Part shown: positions 39,127 through 51,377 of the stretch, piece by piece | How the letters are laid out: every line of letters begins with the position of its first letter | Position numbering within the stretch: the first letter of the stretch is position 1 | Assembly: GCA_038087875.1 (NCBI GenBank) | Contig: CM075995.1 | Location: 7,566,001 to 7,630,000 of the forward strand | From: Malacoraja senta | Taxonomy: Eukaryota | Reading direction: 5' to 3' | DNA length: 64,000 nucleotides | Made by a program: the position numbers and the translations under genes | The notes under the pieces: model-generated | Database searches by the model: none | The model's input: only the letters and a program-made list of their open reading frames with translations | Told to the model about the DNA's origin: nothing

Positions 39127-39509
39127 CAGGGGTGGGGAACCTTTTCATGTTGGAAGGCCGCATTAAGTTAGCTGTAATCTAATAAGGCCGCATTCCAAGA
39201 AACTTCAATTAGATATAGGATTATTTCGTTGAATCTTCTTTTCTTCTTTGGTATTTTAAATATGTTCATTTTAAGATAAAAATAAAAATAATAAAAGACG
39301 GACAAAAACATATTAATAAAAATAAAAGGATTTGTTCTACAAAATTTGGATTCATTCATAAGGCCGCACTTAATGGCCTAGAAGGCCGCATGGTTTCGGC
39401 CCGAAACGTTGCCTATTTCATTCGCTCCATAGATGCTGCTGCACCCGCTGAGTTTCTCCAGCTTTTTTGTGTACCTGTGGCCTTAAGGCCGCAGGTTCCC
39501 CACCCCATG
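39127..39509. mobile_element. hAT-type MITE (partial second copy at about 37600-37808)
   Basis: TIRs CAGGGGTGGGGAACCT/AGGTTCCCCACCCC and a degenerate 8-bp TSD CACTAAAC/CATGAAAC. Confidence 0.75.
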
Positions 39510-40089
39510 CATGAAACGCTATTCCCTTATGTATCTGTACACTGTAAACGGCTCGATTGTAATCATGTATTGTCTTTCCGCTGACAGGATAAAGCACGCA
39601 ACTGAAAGCTTTTTGCTGTACCTCAGTACACGTGACAATAAACTAAACTAACATCTTTGATCGCACTTTACTGGCTTTATCTGTACTAAACTTTATTCCC
39701 TTATCATGTACAGTATCTGTGCACTCTGACTCGATTGTAATCATGTATTGTCTTCCAGCTGACTGGTTAGCACCCAACAAAAGCTTTTCTCAGTACCTCG
39801 GTACACGTGACAATAAACTGAACTGAAACTAATCTCTCTGTCCTGGGCTACCTCCACTGTCAGATTTAGGCCACATGCAAATCAGAGGAACAGCACCTCA
39901 TATTTCGCTTGAGCAGCTTACAACCCAGCGGTATTTTAATTTCAAGTAATCCTTGCATTCCCTCTCTCTCCCTCATTTTTCCCTTTATCGTGTACAGTGC
40001 CCTCCATAATGTTTGGGACACAGAACCATCATTTATTTATTTGCCTCTGTACTCCAAAAGTTGAGATTTGTAATTTAAAAAATCACATG

Positions 40090-41210
40090 TCAAGTCAAGA
40101 CACTTTTATTTTCTATAACACATTTAAAAAACAACTCTCGTTGACCAAAGTGCTTTACATTGGTGGAGGTATTGTATTGTATTGTATTGTATATCTTTAT
40201 TGTTATTTCCTGAGTATTCGCATACCCAGAGGAAACAAAAAAACGTTCCTCAACCAGTGTCCATTTCAGTGTGTGCAGTAAAAAATAAATAGAAGTAAAA
40301 ATACATATATCATGAACAAATTAACACTCTACTCTCTACTAAACATCAACAGGCGTTCCGATCGGCAGCGGCACGACAGTGGCTCTGCTGCAGTGTGTCC
40401 AGGTTGGTGGTTGGTGCACGATACTTTGGCAGGGGGACAAAGTCCGTTTATCAGTCTTATAACCTGCGGGAAGAAGCTGAGGAGCATCCTGCTGGTTTTG
40501 CACCTAATGCTCCTGTACCTCTTCCCAGATGGCAGGATGGAGAATATGTGATGGGATGGGTGGTAGGGGTCTTTGATGATGGAGATGGAGGTACTAACGT
40601 TATACAACAGTGGTTCATAGATTAAGTACATACATAAATACATACATGTAGCCCTCCCTCAGAGGACGTCAAGAAAAGCTTGAGAGTAAAGATGAGTTTT
40701 AACTCTCGACTTAAAAGAGTCGATGGAGGGGGCAGTTCTGATGGGAAGGGGGATGCTGTTCCACAGTCTAGGGGCTGCAACCGCAAAGGCGCGGTCCCCT
40801 CTGAGCTTATGCCTAGACCGCAGGATGGTCAGTAACCCTAAGTCGGCCGATCTGAGGGACCTGGAGGTGGTGTGGTGGGTAAGCAGACTTTTGATGTAGG
40901 TGGGGGCAAGCCCGTTAAGGGCTTTGTAAACATAAAGAAGGATCTTGACATTTATTCGGAACCGCACAGGGAGCCAGTGGCGAGAGGCCAGTATCGGGGT
41001 GATGTGGTCCCTTTTTCGGGTGCCCGTCAGGAGTCTCGCTGCGGCGTTTTGGACCAGTTGCAGGCGGGACAGGGAAGATTGGCTGATGCCAGTGTAAAGG
41101 GAGTTGCAGTAATCGAGGCGGGAGGAGATAAATGTGTGGATGATCTTTTCGAGGTCGTCAAACTGGAGGAATTGTTTTATTTTAGCTATCGTCCGAAGCT
41201 GGAAGAAGCT
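40090..41210 (-). mobile_element. L2 LINE 3' fragment inserted in the left Tc1 TIR
   Basis: ORF2 C-terminus KILLYVYKALNGLAP...GDRAFAVAAPRLWNS...FKSRVKTHL and a (GACTT)n tail. Confidence 0.85.
40172..40585 (-). mobile_element. Rex1/Babar LINE 3' end nested in the L2
   Basis: IIKDPYHPSHHIFSILPSGKRYRS...SFFPQVIRLIN, a (CAATA)n tail, and an 8-bp TSD TGGAGGTA at 40164 and 40586. Confidence 0.82.
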
Positions 41211-42946
41211 AGGTTAAAGTGCACATTGACAGACAGTCTGAAGAAGGGTCTCGACCCGAAACATCGCCTATTTCCTTCACTCCAAAGATGCTGCCTCACC
41301 CGCTGAGTTTCTCCAGCATTTTTGTCTACCTTTGACAGACAGCCTAGTCGCCTATAGTCGCCTAAAAATCGACTAAGTGGGCAGGCCAATTAGAGACATC
41401 AGCCAAACTTTAGACTTATCAGAATCAACTGTTTGGAACATCATTAAGAAGAAAGAGAGCACTGGTGAGCTTACTAATCGCAAAGGGACTGGCAGAACAA
41501 GGAAGACCTCCACAGCTGATAGACAATAGACAATAGGTGCTGGAGTAGGCCATTCGGCCCTTCGAGCCAGCACTGCCATTCAATATGATCATGGCTGATC
41601 ATCCCCAATCAATACCCGTTCCTGCTTTCTCCCCATATCCCCTATTTTTAAGAGCCCTATCTAGCTCTCTCTTGAAAGCATCCAGAGAACCAGCCTCCAC
41701 TGCCCTCTGAGGCAGAGAATTCCACAGACTCACCACTCTCTGTGAGAAAAATTGTTTCCTCGTTTCCGTTCTAAATGGCTTACTCCTTATTCTTAAATGA
41801 CAGAAGAATTCTCTCTATAATAAAGAAAAATCCCCAAACACCTGTCCGACAGATCAGAAAAACTCATCAGGAGTCAGGTATGGATTTGTCAATGACCACT
41901 GTCCGCAGAAGACTTCATGAACAGAAATACAGAGGCTACACTGCAAGATGCAAACCACTGGTTAGCCGCAAAAATAGGATGGCCCGGTTACAGTTTGCCA
42001 AGAAGTACTTAAAAGAGCAACCACATTTCTTGAAAATGGTCTTGTGGACAGATGAGACGAAGATTAACATATCAGAGTGATGGCAAGAGCAAAGTATGGA
42101 GGAGAGAAGGAACTGCCCAAGATCCAAAGCATACCACCTCATCTGTGAAAGAAGGTGGTGGGGGTGTTATGGCCTGGGCATGTTTGGCTGCTGAAGGTAC
42201 TGGCTCACTTATCTTCATTGATGATACAACTGCTGATGGTAGTAGCATAATGAATTCTGAAGTGGATAGACACATCCTATCTGCTCAAGTTCAAACAAAT
42301 GCCTCAAAACTCATTGGTCAGCAGTTCATTCTACAGCAAGACAATGATCCCAAACATACAGGTAAAGTAACAAAGGAGTTTTTCAAAGCTAAAAAATGGT
42401 CAATGGCCAAGTCAATCACCCGATCTGAACCCAATTGAGCATGCCTTTTATATGCTGAAGGAAAAACTGAAGGGGACTAGCCCCCAAAACAAGCATAAGT
42501 TAAAGATGGCTGCAATACAGGCCTGGCAGAGCATCACCAGAGAAGACACCCAGCAACTGGTGATGTCCATGAATCGCAGACTTCAAGTAGTCATTGCATG
42601 CAAAGGATATGCAACAAAATACTAAACTTGACTCCTTTCATTTACATGACATTGCTGTGTCCCAAACATTATGGTGCCCTGAAATAGGGGGGGACTATGT
42701 ATAAACACAGCTGTAATTTCTACATGGTGAAACCAAAATGTATAAAAATGGCCTTTATTAAAATCTGACAATGTGCACTTTAACCACACGTGATTCTTTT
42801 TTCTATTACAAATCTCAAATTGTGGAGTACAGAGGCAAATAAATAAATGATGGGTCTTTGTCCCAAACATTATGGAGGGCACTGTATACACTGTGAATGG
42901 CTCAATTGTAATGATGTATAGTCTTTCCGGTGATTGGTTAGCACGC

Positions 42947-43000
42947 GGGGTGGGAGATTGCAGCCTTCATGTGGTCCGCCTTGTTTCGACGAATGCAATC
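42947..43000 (+). ncRNA. HDV-like self-cleaving ribozyme (54 nt, minimal)
   Basis: P1 GGGGUGG/CCGCCUU, P2 GAUUGCA/UGCAAUC, P3 GCC/GGU, L3 UUCAUGU, tiny P4 with UUCG, J4/2 CGAA. Confidence 0.78.
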
Positions 43001-43086
43001 AACCCGGCGTGCACAATCAAATAAGATCAAATAGAGCAAGTTGTCCTACAACTTTAGGCTGTGCACATCATACGCAAGAAGAAGAA
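42947..43086 (+). mobile_element. 140-bp non-autonomous retroposon (possibly Ingi/Vingi-related) with a (GAA)n tail
   Basis: TSD GTTAGCACGC at 42937-42946 and 43087-43096, inside a Rex1-type 3' UTR. Confidence 0.85.
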
Positions 43087-44360
43087 GTTAGCACGCAACA
43101 AAAGCTTTTCGCTACCTTGGTACGCGTGACAAGAAGCTAAACAATAAACTGAACAAAACTAAAAATTTGTGTGATGTATTTTTGCGAATTTTTAAACCTG
43201 ACCTTTTTGAAGCTCGAGCACATTCAGATCACCTGACTGTTGATGAAATAACTATTGCCTTATTTAGTTTTGTTAATAGATACAGCACGGAAACAGGCCC
43301 TTCGGCCCACCAAGTCCGTGCCGACCAGCGACCCCCTATCCTACACACCAAGGACAATTTTTACCCAATCCAAATTAACCTACAAACCTGTACGCCTGTG
43401 GAGCGTGGGAGGAAACCGGAGCACCCGGGGAAAACCCACGTGGTCACGGGGAGAACGTACAGACTCTGCACAAGGCAGCACCCGTAGTCAGGATCGAACC
43501 CGGGTCCCTGGTGCTGTAAGGCAGCAACTCGACCACTGCGACACTGTGCCGTCCCACCGATTCTTTTATTTATTTTGTACTTTATGATTAATATTTTTAT
43601 TAGTAGTGTACAGTAGTATAAACCACGGCCTATGACAAAATACATTTTTTGTACATCCTCCATTTTAATTTTGACAAAGAAGAAATAGAAAAGGAGAGAA
43701 AGAGCAAGAAAGAGAGAAAGTGAAAGAAATAGTGAATGGGTAAACCGCTAAACTACCAAATAGTGTAGTCAAAGAGTGAATAAGTAAAAACCTAAAAAAG
43801 AATAAGAAAACAAAAATGAAAAATATTTTTTTTTAAAAGGGACGTGTTGATAAACCTGCTTCATTTCTCACCACACCCATCACCCAGTCCGTAAATTGGT
43901 TTAATTCCAAAATTGTGTTGCACCACATACTATACTTGTAATGAATCAATGAAAGGAGACCATATCTTTGAAAATTGCTCTGGTTTTCCTGCTAAGACGA
44001 GTCTCATATCTTCAAGATGTAGCGTCTCAGACATGCTTGTAATCCACATTTTAAGAGTTGGGGAAGAAGCATTTTTCCAAAATTTAAGTATGTTTTTTTG
44101 CCATTATCAGGCCGTAATTAAGGAAACGTCTTTGAAATATTGATAGCTCAGAGCAGGCTCCTCTTTTTTTTTTTGATAAAGTAATTTCATTTATGGACAG
44201 ATCCAATATTGGTAATACGAAAGATCGCACAATTTATAATCAAAATTGAATACTATTTCATATTAAAACCACTTTCTTGATTTTATCAAAGATCGAGTTA
44301 AAAGATGAGACAACTTTCTGAACGTGTTGTTTTCTTGACATTAATTCAAAGATATAGAGT

Positions 44361-44752
44361 GATCATCATCATTGAAAACATTAGCGATGCTGGTTTCCAA
44401 CGGGAACGGTGACGGACGCACCACACATCTCTGTCCTCCAGTTTCTGCGGACTTCCGCCGCTGGAAGTACAGGATTTTGGTGTGTGTGCGTGCTTTATCA
44501 TCATTCCTCACAATGCTATGTACGACAGTGATCGCAACTTCGACTGAAGAGTGGGTGGCCGTTGGCTCGCTAGAAGCTCATCCGCCCTTTGACAGGTCTT
44601 CTTTTAGGTCCTGCTGGGGGTCCACAGCCCCCTCCTCACCTGGCAAACCAGGTGGGGGAGACGGTTCAGTCACCGACTATCCGACCATGGAGCGGGTAGC
44701 ACGGGATTACATGGTACCCGTGGTGGGGGGAACTCCCCCCGACCTGACCTGG
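44361..44752 (-). mobile_element. About 390-bp structured non-autonomous retroposon with a (GAT)n tail
   Basis: TSD TATAGAGT at 44353 and 44753. ATCATCATC tail on the + strand. Hairpin-rich 5' half. Confidence 0.6.
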
Positions 44753-45191
44753 TATAGAGTAATACAGCGGGGAAACAGGCCCTACAGCCCAACTTGCCCA
44801 CATCGACCAACATGCCCCATCTACACTAGTCCCACTTGACTGCATTTGGCCCATATGCCACAAAACCTGTCCTGTCCATGTACTTATCTAAATATTTCTT
44901 AAACATTGTGATAGTACCTGCCTCGACTATCTCCTCCGGCAGCTCGTTCTACACACCCTCCAACGTTTGTGTGAAAAAGTCACCCCTCAGATTCCTTTTA
45001 AATCTTTTCTCCTTTTCCTTAAAATGTCCTTAAACCTACATCCTCTGGTTCTCGTTTCCCCTACTCTGGGCAAGAGAATCTGTGTATCCACCCAATCTAC
45101 CAACATGCCCCATGATACCTACATGCCCCATCTCGTGATTGTATACACCTCTATAAGATCACCCCACATCCACCTGAACTCAAGAATATAA

Positions 45192-46040
45192 AGGAGGATA
45201 GTAAAAGCTTCTTTAGGTATGTGAAGAGGAAAAAATTAGATAAGACTAAAATTGGACCAAAGACTGAAAAGGTGAATTTATTATGGGGAACAAGGAAATG
45301 GCAGATGAGTTGAACACATATTTTGGATCTGTCTTCACTAAGGAGGACACAAACAATCTCCCAGATGTACAGAGAATCTAGGGTGACGGAGGAACTGAAG
45401 GAAATTCACATTAGACAGGAAATGGTGTTGGGTAGACTGATGGGACTGAAGGCTGATAAATACCCAGGGCCTGATGGTCTGCATCCCAGGGTACTTAAGG
45501 AATTGTGGACACATTGGTGATCATTTTCCAATGTTCTATAGATTCAGGATCAGTTCCTGTGGATTGGAGGGTAGCTAAAGATATCCTACTTTTTAAGAAA
45601 GGCAGGAGAGAGAAAACAGAGAATTATAGACCAGTCAGCCTGACATCAGTGGAGGGGAAGATGCTGGAGTCAATCATAAAAGATGAGATAGCCGCACATT
45701 TGGATAGCAGTAACAGGATCGGTCTGAGTCAGCATGGATTTACGAAGGGGAAACCATGCTTGACTAATCTTCTGGAATTTTTTGAGGATGTAACTAGGAA
45801 AATGGACTTTCAGAAAGCATTTCATAAGGTCCCACATAGATTAGTGGGCAAAATTAGAACATATGATATTGGGGTAGGGTGCTGACATGGATAGAAAATT
45901 GGTTGGCAGACAGGAAACAAAGAGTAGGGATTAACAGGTCCCTTTCAGAATGACAGGCAGTGACTAGTGGGGTACCGCAAGGCTCGGTGCTGGGACCGCA
46001 ACTATTTACAATATATATTAATGATTTAGATGAAGGGATT
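45192..46040 (+). mobile_element. CR1 ORF2 fragment
   Basis: PGPDGLHPRVLKE, NYRPVSLTS, GVPQGSVLGPQLF. Confidence 0.88.
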
Positions 46041-46898
46041 CGGACCTTCGTGCCAGCACTGCCATTCAATGTGATCATGGCTGATCATCTACAATCAGTG
46101 CCCTGTTCCTGCCTTCTCCCCATATCCCCTGACTCCGCTATCTTTAAGAGCCTTATCGAGCTCTCTCTTGAAATTATCCAGAGAACCGGCCTCCACCGCC
46201 CTCTGAGGCAGAAAATTCCACAGACTCACCACTCTGAGAAAAAGTGTTTCCTCATCTCTGTTCTAAATGGCTTACCCCTTATTCTCAAACTGTGGCCCCT
46301 GGTTCTGGGCTCCCCCAACATCGGAAACAAGTTTTACATCGGAAACATATTATACATTAGGATTACAACTCGGTCAGTGGGGGGCGCTGCGAGATGGCTG
46401 CCCTGCCAGCAACGTGTTTGTCATTTCTACTTTTTTGTTTTTTTCAGTGTGTCTAAATGTGTGTTTTAATGTCTTTTGGTGTATCTTGTGTGGGGGGTGG
46501 TGAGGGGGGGTAAGGGGGGAACCGCTTTCGGTCGTCTCCTCCACGGAGAGGCGATATTTTCCATGTCGCCTCCCTCACGGCCTAACATCATGGATTGGTG
46601 CGGCCTTTCCCGGAGTCGGGCCCAGAGATTTAGCAGCGGGTGCAGCGTGGACTTTTCATCGCGGAGCGGGCGAGCCCTTGCCGGGGTCACCAGTAGGGAG
46701 TGCTCCGATCGCTGGCCCGCGACTTATAACATCCTGAAGCAGCGGTCTGCGGAGCTTCTAGCCATGGGAGCGGCTTCCAGAGCCTGGGACCCCTCGTTAG
46801 GGATCGCCGGAGAAGAGCTCCGCTCGCCGGCTCGCGGCCGATAATATCCTAAAGCCGCGGTGTGCGGAGCTTCTAGCTGCGGGAGCGACGTGGACTTA

Positions 46899-49240
46899 CA
46901 TAGAAACATAGAAAATAGGTGCAGGAGGAGGCCATTCGGCCCTTCGAGCCAGCACCGCCATTCATTGTGATCATGGCTGATGGTCCCCTATCAATGTCCC
47001 GTGCCTGCCTTCTCCCCATATCCCTTGATTCCACTAGCCCCTAGAGCTCTATCTAACTCTCTCTTAAATCCATCCAGTGATTTGGCCTCCACTGCCCTCT
47101 GTGGCAGGGAATTCCACAAATTCACAACTCTCTGGGTGAAAAGGTTTTTTCTCAACTCAGTCTTAAATGACCTCCCCTTTATTCTAAGACTGTGGCCCCT
47201 GGTTGTGGACTCGCCCAACATTGGGAACATTTTTCCTGCATCTAGCTTGTCCAGTCCTTTTATAATTTTATATGTTTCTATAAGATATCCCCTCATCCTT
47301 CTAAATTCCAGTGAATACAAGCCTAGTCTTTTCAATCTTTCCTCATATGACAGTCCCGCCATTGCAGGGATCAATCTCGTGAACCTACGCTGCACTGCCT
47401 CAATCACAAGGATGTCCTTCCTCAAATTAGGAGACCAAAACTGTACACAATGCTCCAGATGTGGTCTCACCAGAGCCCTATACAACTGCAGAAGAACCTC
47501 TTTACTCCTATACTGAAATCCTCTTGTTATGAAGGCCAACATTCCATTAGCTTTCTTCACTGCCTGCTGTACCTGCACGCCAACTTTCAGTGACCGGTGT
47601 ACAAGGACACCCAGGTCTCGCTGCACCTCCCCCTTACCTAACCTAACCCCATTGAGATAATAATCTGCCTCCTTGTTTTTGCCGCCAAAGTGGATAACCT
47701 CATGTTTATCTATATTATACTGCATCTGCCACGCATCTGCCCACTCACTCAACCTGTCCAGGTCACCCTGCAACCTCCTAACATCCTCTTCACAGTTCAC
47801 ACTGCCACCCAGCTTTGTGTCATCCCCAAACTTGCTAGTGTTGCTCCTAATTCCCTCTTCCAAATCATTAATATATATGGTAAACAGTTGCGGCCCCAAC
47901 ACCGAGCCTTGCGGCACTCCACTTGCCACTGCCTGGCATTCTGAAAAGGACCCATTCACTCCTACTCTTTGCTTCCGGTCTGCCAACCAATTTTCAATCC
48001 ATGTCAACACCCTACCCACAATACCATGTGCTCTAATTTTAGTCACCAGTCTCCCGTGCGGGACCTTATCAAAGGCTTTCTGAAAGTCCAGATACACTAC
48101 ATCCACTGGCACCCCTTCATCCATTTTACTTGTCACATCCTCAAAAAATTCCAGAAGATTAGTCAAGCATGATATCCCTTACATAAATCCATGTTGACTT
48201 GGACTAATCCTTTTACTGCTATCCAAATGCCCCATTATTACCTCTTTAATAATTGACTCCAGCATTTTTCCCACCACCGAAGTCAGGCTAACTGGTCTGT
48301 AATTCCCCGTTTTCTCTCTCCCTCCTTTCTTGAAAAGTGGGATAACATTAGCTATCCTCCAATCCACAGGAACTGATCCTGAATCTATTGAACATTGGAA
48401 AATGACCACCAATGCATCCACTATTTCTAGAGCCACCTCCCTGAGGACCCTGGGATGCAGACCATCAGGCCCAGGGGATTTATCATCCTTCAGTCCCATT
48501 AGCCTACCCAATACTATTTCTCGCCTAATGAAAATTTCTTTCAGTTCCTCTACCCCCTTAGTTCCGCTGTCCTCCAGTACATCTGGGAGATTGTTTGCGT
48601 CTCTCTTAGTGAAGACAGATCTGAAGTACCTATTCAACTCTTCTGCCATTTCCTTGTTGCCCATAATAATTTCACCCCTGTCTGCCTTCAAGGACCCACA
48701 TTTGACTTTGCTACTCTTTTTCCCTTAACATATCTAAAGAGGGTTTTACTGTCCTTCTTTATATTCCTGGCCAGCTTCCCCTCGTACTTCATCTTTTCAG
48801 CCCGTATTGCCCGTTTTGTTTCCTTCTGTTGTCCTATGAAAGTTTCCCAATCCTCTGGCTTCTGGCTACTCTTTGCTGTGTTATACATCTTTTCATTTAG
48901 TTATATTCTATCCCTAACTTCTCTTGTCAGCCACGGTTGCCTCCTACTCCCCTTAGAATCTTTCTTCCTTTTTGGAATGAAATGATCCTGCGTCTCCCGG
49001 ATTATGCCCAGAAATTCCTGCCATTGCTGTTCCACCGTCATTCCTGCTAGGATCCCTTTCCAATCTACTTTGGCCAGCTCCCCTCTCATGCCTTCATAGT
49101 CCCCTTTGTTCAACTGCATCACTGCCACTTACGATTTAACGTTCTCCTTCTCATATTGCAGATTAAAACTAATCATATTATGATCACTACCTCCAAGCGG
49201 TTGCTTTACCTCGAGTTCTCTTATCATATCTGGTTCACTG
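46899..49240 (-). mobile_element. CR1 LINE, 5'-truncated, ORF2 RT with a few frameshifts
   Basis: 391-aa frame LDFQKAFDKVPH...GVPQGSVLGP...KFGDDTKL...RPHLEHCVQFW and a (TTTCTATG)n tail. Confidence 0.95.
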
Positions 49241-49525
49241 GACCAGATATGACATGAGAATGGAGACTGGGTTCTCTTGCCGGGGACAGCCAGAGAAGAG
49301 CTCCGACCGCCGGCCTGCGGCCTACAACATCCTGAACCGCGGTCTCCGGTAGGGAAGCGCTAATTCTGGACTTACTGTCCCGACGAGAGGGCCTGTACAT
49401 GCGGCAGCCCGCAGCGGCGACTGTGGAGGTTTATGGCCCCGACCACGGGGGATCAATGGAGGAGGACTGACTGTACTTTGTGCCTTCCACCACAGCGAAG
49501 AATGCTGTGGTGGATGTTTGTGTTA

Positions 49526-50420
49526 ATAGACAATAGACAATAGGTGCAGGAGTAGGCCATTCGGCCCCGAGCCAGCGTGATCATGGCTGATCATCCCCAA
49601 TCAGTACCCCGTTCCTGCCTTCTCCCCATATCCCCTGACTCCGCTATTTTGAAGAGCCCTATCTAGCTTTCCCTTGAAAGAATCCAGACAACCTGCCTCC
49701 ACCGCCCTCTGAGCCAGAGAATTCCACAGACTCACCACTCTATGTCAGAAAAAATGTTTCCTCGTCTCCGTTCTAAATGGCTTACTCCTTATTCTTAAAC
49801 TGTGGCCTGTGGTTCTGGACTCCCCCAACAACGGGAACATGTTTCCTGCCTCTAGCGTGTCCAAACCCTTAACAATCGTATATGTTTCAATGAGATATCC
49901 TCTCATCCTTCTAAACTCCAAAGTGTACATGCCCAGCCGCTCCATTCTCTCAGCATATGACAGTCCCGCCATCCCGGGAATTAACCTGGTAAACCTACGC
50001 TGCACTCCCTCGAATGTCCTTCCTCAAATTAGGGGACCAAAACTGCACACAATACGCCAGGTGTGGTCTCACTAGGTCCCTGTACAACTGCAGAAGGACC
50101 GCTTTGCTCCTATACTCAACTCCTCTTGTTATAAAGGCCAAGTTCGCTTTCTTCACTGCCTGCTGTACCTGCATGCTTCCTTTCATTGTCTTTAAGAAGG
50201 AACTGCAGATGCTGGAAAATATCGAAGGTAGACAAAAATGCTGGAGAAACTCAGCGGGTGCAGCAGCATCTATGCAGCGAAGGAAATATGCAACGTTGCC
50301 TGTTTCCTTCGCTCCATAGATGCTTGCTGCACCCGCTGAGTTTCTCCTGCATTTTTGTCTACCTGCTACCTTTCATTGACTGATGAACAAGGACAACCCA
50401 GATCCCGTTGTGCCTCCTCC
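49526..50420 (-). mobile_element. CR1 3' fragment containing a fold-back Penelope-repeat insert
   Basis: RRFTRLIPGMAGLSYAERMERLG and a (TCTATTG)n tail. Confidence 0.85.
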
Positions 50421-50426
50421 CCCTTG

Positions 50427-50665
50427 AGACCCCGCCCCCAGTCCGCAGGCCCCGCCCCAGTCATGACCCCGCCCCCAGTCCTCAGGCCCCGCCCCAGTCA
50501 TGACCCCGCCCCCAGTCCTCAGGCCCCGCCCCATTCACGACCCCGCCCCCAGTCCTCAGGCCCCGCCCCAGTCATGACCCCGCCCCCAGTCCGCAGGCCC
50601 CGCCCCAGTCACGACCCCGCCCCCAGTCCGAAGGCCCCGCCCCATTCACGACCCCGCCCCCTTTT
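50427..50665. repeat. GC-box minisatellite, about six 37-bp units, RANBP9 promoter
   Basis: TCA(T/C)GA at 50461, 50498, 50535, 50572, 50609 and 50646. Each unit holds two CCCCGCCCC motifs. Confidence 0.93.
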
Positions 50666-51377
50666 GCTGTAACTCCACCCCCTCCGAGTGAAGCCCGCCC
50701 TTCCTGTGACCACACAGGCCCCGCCCCCCCAGTCGTGACCTCGCCTCCTCCCCCCCCACACAGGCCCCTCCCCCATAGACCACGCCCATCCTTGTGACCC
50801 CGCCCTTTGCTCTGCCTCCCGCCCCTTTCGCTGTAACTCCACCCCCTCCGAGTGAAGCAAGCCCGCCCTACTTCGACCCCGCCCTTTCTGTGACCACACA
50901 GGCCCCGCCCCCTCCCCTGTCGTGACCTCGCCTCCTCCCCTCCCCCTCCCCCTCCCCCTCAGACCACGCCCACCCTTGTGACCCCGCCCCTTGTACCCAC
51001 TCCCCTCGCCCCCCCCATCCCCCTCTGGCCCCGGGCGCGCCCCCGCGGGCCGGGCTGAGGCTGAGCGCGCGGCCAGTGAGGCGCGCGCCGGGGTAGCGGC
51101 CTGTCACTGAGCGGCGGGCGGTGGCGGGGGCGCGGATGCAGGAGCAGCGGCGGCAGCAACTCCTCCTCCTCCTCCTCCTCCTCCTTCTCGGCCTGGGCGG
51201 GCGGACAGCGGCCTCCAGCCGGCTCTAACGACAGCCCAGCCACCATCACTCCACTCCTCTCCTCTCCTCACTCCTCACTCCTCCCGGGACCCCGACCTCT
51301 CCTTACCTCGGTCGGTCTTACCTCAACCAACCCCCCCCCCCCCCCCACCACCCTCCTCATCCCGGCCCCCCGCCGCC

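Larger units (their letters stand above)
39995..42884 (+). mobile_element. Second, degenerate Tc1 element interrupted by nested insertions
   Basis: TIRs CAGTGCCCTCCATAATGTTTGGGACA with TA TSDs at 39993 and 42885. Frameshifted transposase pieces at about 41390-42625 (WTDETK, QQDNDPKH, SPDLNPIE). Confidence 0.9.

Noticed and set aside
46991..48166. 391-aa reverse transcriptase ORF as a functional or domesticated gene
   Set aside because: 5'-truncated CR1 with upstream frameshifts and an altered FGDD motif, an ordinary copy.
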